Source: Coleofasciculus sp. B1-GNL1-01 (lineage in GTDB: Bacteria; Cyanobacteriota; Cyanobacteriia; Cyanobacteriales; Coleofasciculaceae). Taken from it: DNA of 12,088 nucleotides. Every line of letters starts with the position of its first letter. Within the stretch, counting starts at the first letter, position 1. A program made the position numbers and the translations under genes. Positions 8,023 to 12,088 of this stretch are shown one piece after another. Location of the stretch: the NCBI GenBank assembly GCA_040220235.1, contig JAVJTO010000136.1, one strand, 5' to 3'. The notes beneath the pieces were generated by a model that made no database searches, was not told the DNA's origin, and saw only the letters and a program-made list of their open reading frames with translations.

Positions 8023-11000
8023 CAGCACGAGGAGGCATCACTGCTGGAAATGGGGGATTAATTGAAACCTCTAGCAAAAAGTTTCTGGAACTTACCAGTA
8101 CCCCTGATACTTCTGCCCCTCAGGGGAAAGGGGGGACATGGCTAATTGATCCGACTGATATCACGATTGTAAATACTGGGGGAGGCGCGATTGGCACAAA
8201 CACAGTTGATGTTGCTAATATTAACACGGTACTTAATAATGGCAACAATGTCACGATTACGACAAATATCGCTGGTCTTACAGGTTTAGGCAATATTACC
8301 CTCGACAGTGGTGCAGCAATTAACAAAACAGGCGGAGGAGATGCTACGTTGACTTTGGAGGCAGATAATAATATCACTCTGAATGCGGGTATTACCTCTA
8401 GTAGTGGCAGGCTGAATCTCAATCTTTTTGCTGATCATGAGAATAACGGTGAGGGGATAGTCGAAATCAATCAATCCATTTTGACAGGAGGAGGAAATAT
8501 TGTTGCTACCGGAATGACTACCGGAACGAGTCCAGGTGTATTAGTTAATACCCCCCTCGACACCGGAGGTGGAGACCTTGAAATCACTGGAACTAGCACG
8601 TTGGAAGGTGTTCGTATCAATGACGAAATTAACTCCGGAGGCGGAGATATTATCCTTACCGGAAATAGCACAGGTAACGCCCCAGGATCATGGGGAATAT
8701 TGGTTGATCAACTGACTTCTGTCGGCGGGAATATTAGTGTAACAAGTCTTGGAGGATTTGAGGGGATTATTATTGCTAACCCGATCAATTCAGGCAGTGG
8801 AACTATTACCTTGACAGGTGACAGGATTAATCTTCAATTTTTTGGTTCTCCTTCAGTTAGCGGCAGTGGCGATTTAATTTTGCAACCATTGACGGCGAGT
8901 ATAAATCTGGAAATTGGTGGTACGGGTGCGGCAAGGACAACATTCCTGAACACACAAGAACTAGGTATAATAACGAATGGCTTACCCTGGATTACTATTG
9001 GACGAGATGACAGTAGTGGTACAATTACCCTAGGTGATAACGTCACATTTAATGACCCTGTAACCTTGCGATCGCCTAACGGATCAATAAACACTACAGG
9101 TGGCACTATTACTGGAGCAGATGATGCCACGATCACGTTGCTCTCTGGCGGCACAATTCGTACCGGAAATATCACAAATCCCGGTCGTTCTATTACCATA
9201 GGTACTCCCACCCTACCCGCCGCTAGTATTGAAGCTGGAAGCATCAGAACTAACACGACAACTGATGGTGACAATGGTGGTTCCGTCAATTTGGAAGCTT
9301 CAGGGGATATTACAGCATCACAAATTTTTACTATGTGGGAAGGTTCCACAACGGGTGATGGTGGTGATATCGCTGTTAAAGCGGGTGGTGATCTTTCTAT
9401 TAATGGTGATGTTCTTTCCTTGACGAATAATGGTAATGGCGGCAACATTACCTTTAATGTAGGCGGCAATATTTACACAGATGATATTCAGTCAATTGGT
9501 AATTTAAGTAGTGGAACCATTAATCTCAGAAGTGGTGGTACTATAGATACCACGTTTTTTGGGGGAACTGCTGGTGTAATATTCTCTTGTTCTGGCATAG
9601 GAAATCAGTGTTCTGGTGGTAATAGTGCAGGTGGCGATGTCACTCTTGAAGCAGCAACGAGTATTATCACCAATATCAATGCCACAGGTTCTTTAGGTGG
9701 CGGTAATATCATTGTTACCAGTGACGAAATTGACATTGGTGCAAGCAGCAATGGTGGAACAATTGAACTCAAGCCATTTACAGCAGATCAAGATATTGTT
9801 ATTGGCGCATCAACTACCAATAATACAGCGGCATTAGATTTGACAGCAGCAAAACTTAATCGATTACAAGATGGCTTTAGCTCGATTACTATCGGACGAA
9901 CTGACAGTAACGGTACGATTACTTTAGCTAATACTGTCACCTTTAATGATCCGGTTAATATTGCAGGTGGTTCAGAATTAATTGGAACAGATGGCGATAC
10001 AACCTTTACGATTACTAGCACCGATGCGGGTAATATTAGTGGTTTTGGTTCACCCTTAACCTTCTCCTCAATTGAGACTATTACAGGTGGTAGTGCTAAC
10101 GATACTTTTGCCTTCACTAATAATGCAACCCTTAGCGGCACGATTGATGGCGGTGGTGGTACAGATACCCTAGACTACTCCAGTAATCCAACTCCAGTCA
10201 CCGTTAATCTTGCCGCTATTGGCGGTGAAAATATTGAAGCCGCGATTGGTAATACAGGTAGCACCTTTAATTGGGCGATTACGAATAGCAATAGCGGCAC
10301 AATTAATGACACACTCAATTTCAACACCTTCTCGAATCTGACAGGTGGCAATAATGACGACACATTTAGTTTCAATGATGGCGTAACCTTTACCGGAACC
10401 GTTGATGGCGGCGCAGGAACAGATACCCTAGACTATTCAGCCTATACCAGTCCCTTAACTGTAAACTTAGCAGTATTAGGGGGAACTAATATTGAACAAG
10501 TCCACGGAACCCCAAATGCAACCAGTACCCTAATTGCCAATAACACCGCAAACACTTGGAATATTACCGGAAGCAATAGCGGTACAGTTAACGGACTGAA
10601 TTTTAGTGACTTTTCTAACCTGACGGGTGGAAACTCAGATGATACGTTTCAATTCAACAATGCAGCGACTATAAGCAGCAACATTGATGGAGGTGCAGGA
10701 AATCTTACCTTAATCGGCGATGAGCTTAATTTTACAAGCAATATCTCTGGAACCGGAACTTTAACTCTACAACCTTTAACCTCAAGCCAAGGAATTCAAC
10801 TAGGGGGTGCGGATAGTGGTAGCACAAGTATTTTAGATTTAACCGCACCAGAACTGAATTCTCTACAAAATACGTTTACCTCAATCACCATTGGGGGAAC
10901 AACTAGCAGTGGCGCAATTACCCTAGCTGATGATATTACATTCCAAACCCCGGTTACATTACAAGCACCTGTGGGTTCAGGTTCCATCAATACCACCGCC

Positions 11001-11957
11001 GGAACCATCACCGGAGAAGGGAATGCGACGATTACCTTGTTGGCGAATCAAGATATTATCACCAGTGACATTATCAATCGCGATCGCGCCCTTACCATCA
11101 CCAGTACCAATGGTGCAATTACTACAGGCAATCTTACCGTCGGTGCGCTGACACTGACAACCAGTGGCGGCGATATTTCGGTCAATAGCTCTAATCCTAC
11201 TATCTTGTCCGGTTCAGGCGTTATTCAAACCCTTGGCGGAACCGTTACCCTCAATACAACTGATTTGGAAGGGGGTGGGGTTACCTTAAATACCAGTAAC
11301 CCCACGGGAGAGGGGGGGAATATATACCTTAACGCAAAATCTGGCAGAGTGGCGATCGCAAATCTGAATAGTTCTGGATTGACGGGTGGCGATATTGTTG
11401 TTCAAGCGGAATTAGAAATAACCACAGGTGCAATTAATACCAGTGGCAGTTCCGGTGATGGGGGTCATGTTACCCTTGACCCTATTGGCGATATTCAGGT
11501 AACTTCGATTAACGCTCAAGGTGGTGATAATGGTACAGGGGGTAACGTTGATATCACCGCAGGCAAATACTTCCGCGCCACAGATACATTTACTGACCAA
11601 AATGGGATAGACGCCAGTATTTCTACGGCTGGGGGTAACGGTGGGGGAGATATTACCATTCGTCATGGGGGTGACGCACTCACACCGTTTAAAGTTGGTG
11701 ATGCAGAAATTAATGGTACGGCTGGCGTTCTCACCAGCGGAGACATTAGTATTATCCCGCCGCGTTCCTTTCCCCTGACTCACCGAGAAGGAAATATTGC
11801 GATTATTCGCGGTGATCTTCCCACCACTACCATCGATGAACCGCCGATAAATCCGGTTGATATTACTCAACAGACTGAGAGTAATGAATCTGCCGAGGAA
11901 GATAGCATTTCAGACGAAAGTAGTCCAGTCGCTGTCTCATCAACAACCAACACGTAA
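7974..11957 (+). CDS. Filamentous haemagglutinin-like Gly/Thr/Asn-rich beta-helical repeat region (downstream fragment of the broken gene)
   Basis: Frame +3 is open from 7974 (after TGA 7971) and reads [20 protein letters not shown]...GGLIETS...[12 protein letters not shown]. This is 125 codons upstream of the ORF-track TTG at 8349, so the fragment has no genuine start of its own. It contains repeated ITIGRxDSxGTITL...VTFNDPV and [13 protein letters not shown] modules. Confidence 0.75.
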   Translation, partial: CVVIWSDETANIHGTLTARGGITAGNGGLIETSSKKFLELTSTPDTSAPQGKGGTWLIDPTDITIVNTGGGAIGTNTVDVANINTVLNNGNNVTITTNIAGLTGLGNITLDSGAAINKTGGGDATLTLEADNNITLNAGITSSSGRLNLNLFADHENNGEGIVEINQSILTGGGNIVATGMTTGTSPGVLVNTPLDTGGGDLEITGTSTLEGVRINDEINSGGGDIILTGNSTGNAPGSWGILVDQLTSVGGNISVTSLGGFEGIIIANPINSGSGTITLTGDRINLQFFGSPSVSGSGDLILQPLTASINLEIGGTGAARTTFLNTQELGIITNGLPWITIGRDDSSGTITLGDNVTFNDPVTLRSPNGSINTTGGTITGADDATITLLSGGTIRTGNITNPGRSITIGTPTLPAASIEAGSIRTNTTTDGDNGGSVNLEASGDITASQIFTMWEGSTTGDGGDIAVKAGGDLSINGDVLSLTNNGNGGNITFNVGGNIYTDDIQSIGNLSSGTINLRSGGTIDTTFFGGTAGVIFSCSGIGNQCSGGNSAGGDVTLEAATSIITNINATGSLGGGNIIVTSDEIDIGASSNGGTIELKPFTADQDIVIGASTTNNTAALDLTAAKLNRLQDGFSSITIGRTDSNGTITLANTVTFNDPVNIAGGSELIGTDGDTTFTITSTDAGNISGFGSPLTFSSIETITGGSANDTFAFTNNATLSGTIDGGGGTDTLDYSSNPTPVTVNLAAIGGENIEAAIGNTGSTFNWAITNSNSGTINDTLNFNTFSNLTGGNNDDTFSFNDGVTFTGTVDGGAGTDTLDYSAYTSPLTVNLAVLGGTNIEQVHGTPNATSTLIANNTANTWNITGSNSGTVNGLNFSDFSNLTGGNSDDTFQFNNAATISSNIDGGAGNLTLIGDELNFTSNISGTGTLTLQPLTSSQGIQLGGADSGSTSILDLTAPELNSLQNTFTSITIGGTTSSGAITLADDITFQTPVTLQAPVGSGSINTTAGTITGEGNATITLLANQDIITSDIINRDRALTITSTNGAITTGNLTVGALTLTTSGGDISVNSSNPTILSGSGVIQTLGGTVTLNTTDLEGGGVTLNTSNPTGEGGNIYLNAKSGRVAIANLNSSGLTGGDIVVQAELEITTGAINTSGSSGDGGHVTLDPIGDIQVTSINAQGGDNGTGGNVDITAGKYFRATDTFTDQNGIDASISTAGGNGGGDITIRHGGDALTPFKVGDAEINGTAGVLTSGDISIIPPRSFPLTHREGNIAIIRGDLPTTTIDEPPINPVDITQQTESNESAEEDSISDESSPVAVSSTTNT

Positions 11958-12088
11958 ACTACAGGAGCTTGGTAGCCCCGGTCTTTCAAAGCCGGGGAGG
12001 AAAAGCGACATTGCGGATTTATCCGCCTTCGTGACATACTTGAGTGGTGAGTAGGAATAACCATCTACGTGACGAATCATCCTAGTAC
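11954..12088 (+). mobile_element. IS200/IS605-family left end (copy B), element continues beyond window end; inserted 3' of ACAC (11950..11953)
   Basis: Identical to copy A. Guide GTAG at 11972..11975, hairpin CCCCGG-T-CTT-TCA-AAG-CCGGGG at 11976..11997, second hairpin at 12013..12026. It supplies the stop codon of the haemagglutinin ORF. Confidence 0.75.
12011..12040 (+). promoter_or_regulatory. Possible sigma70-type promoter pointing into the IS (mirror copy at 50..79 on the minus strand)
   Basis: TTGCGG-18 nt-CATACT with a TG extended -10 motif, overlapped by the GCGGAT/ATCCGC palindrome. Motif match only. Confidence 0.3.

Larger units (their letters stand above)
1254..11359. repeat. HIP1 octamers (GCGATCGC), dispersed
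   Basis: Seen at 1254, 3231, 4023, 4254, 5938, 9068, 11080 and 11352 (8 copies in 12 kb, far above chance for an 8-mer). Hallmark of many cyanobacterial genomes. Confidence 0.9.
7135..11957 (+). pseudogene. Filamentous haemagglutinin family (TpsA-like) protein gene, frameshifted near 7975 and truncated by IS at 11954; homologues of this type often end in a CHAT domain
   Basis: The N-terminal haemagglutination-activity domain is in frame +1 and the beta-helical body continues in frame +3 from 7974. The terminal TAA (11955..11957) lies inside the IS end. Confidence 0.8.

Noticed and set aside
8120..11870. Multiple minus-strand Pro/Val/Leu-rich ORFs
   Set aside because: They are antisense shadows of the Gly/Thr/Asn codon bias of the adhesin gene.
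1..12088. Linear plasmid, phage or single large transposon with 139-bp terminal inverted repeats
   Set aside because: The repeats cut into host-type genes at both inner junctions and there is no replication, terminal-protein or transposase gene inside. The pattern fits a contig broken at two copies of a multicopy element.
11954..12088. Group II intron, CRISPR repeat or IscB omegaRNA interpretation of the terminal repeat
   Set aside because: There is no GUGYG 5' end or domain V motif and no repeat-spacer periodicity. The target/guide/hairpin order fits an IS left end better, although an RNA role cannot be excluded without the rest of the element.

Overview
The window looks like a cyanobacterial contig, probably from a filamentous Oscillatoriales/Coleofasciculus-like organism (inference): it has at least 8 HIP1 GCGATCGC octamers and GTAG-type REP hairpins. 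Both ends carry the same sequence in inverted orientation (2..140 is the exact reverse complement of 11950..12088). This sequence has the architecture of an IS200/IS605-family left end, inserted directly 3' of ACAC in both cases. Each copy truncates a large gene. On the left it cuts a ~1000-aa Gln/Ala-rich protein whose N-terminus resembles cyanobacterial eCIS/DUF4157-type proteins. On the right it cuts a filamentous-haemagglutinin-family protein that also has an internal frameshift near 7975. Between them lie a 5'-truncated Rpn-like remnant retaining two DUF4351 repeats and its own RBS, a small Cys-containing lipoprotein and a dynamin-like GTPase. The strongest observation is that the GTAG guide of the IS end predicts the observed ACAC target by the known IS608 pairing rule. 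No complete new system can be demonstrated from this window alone.
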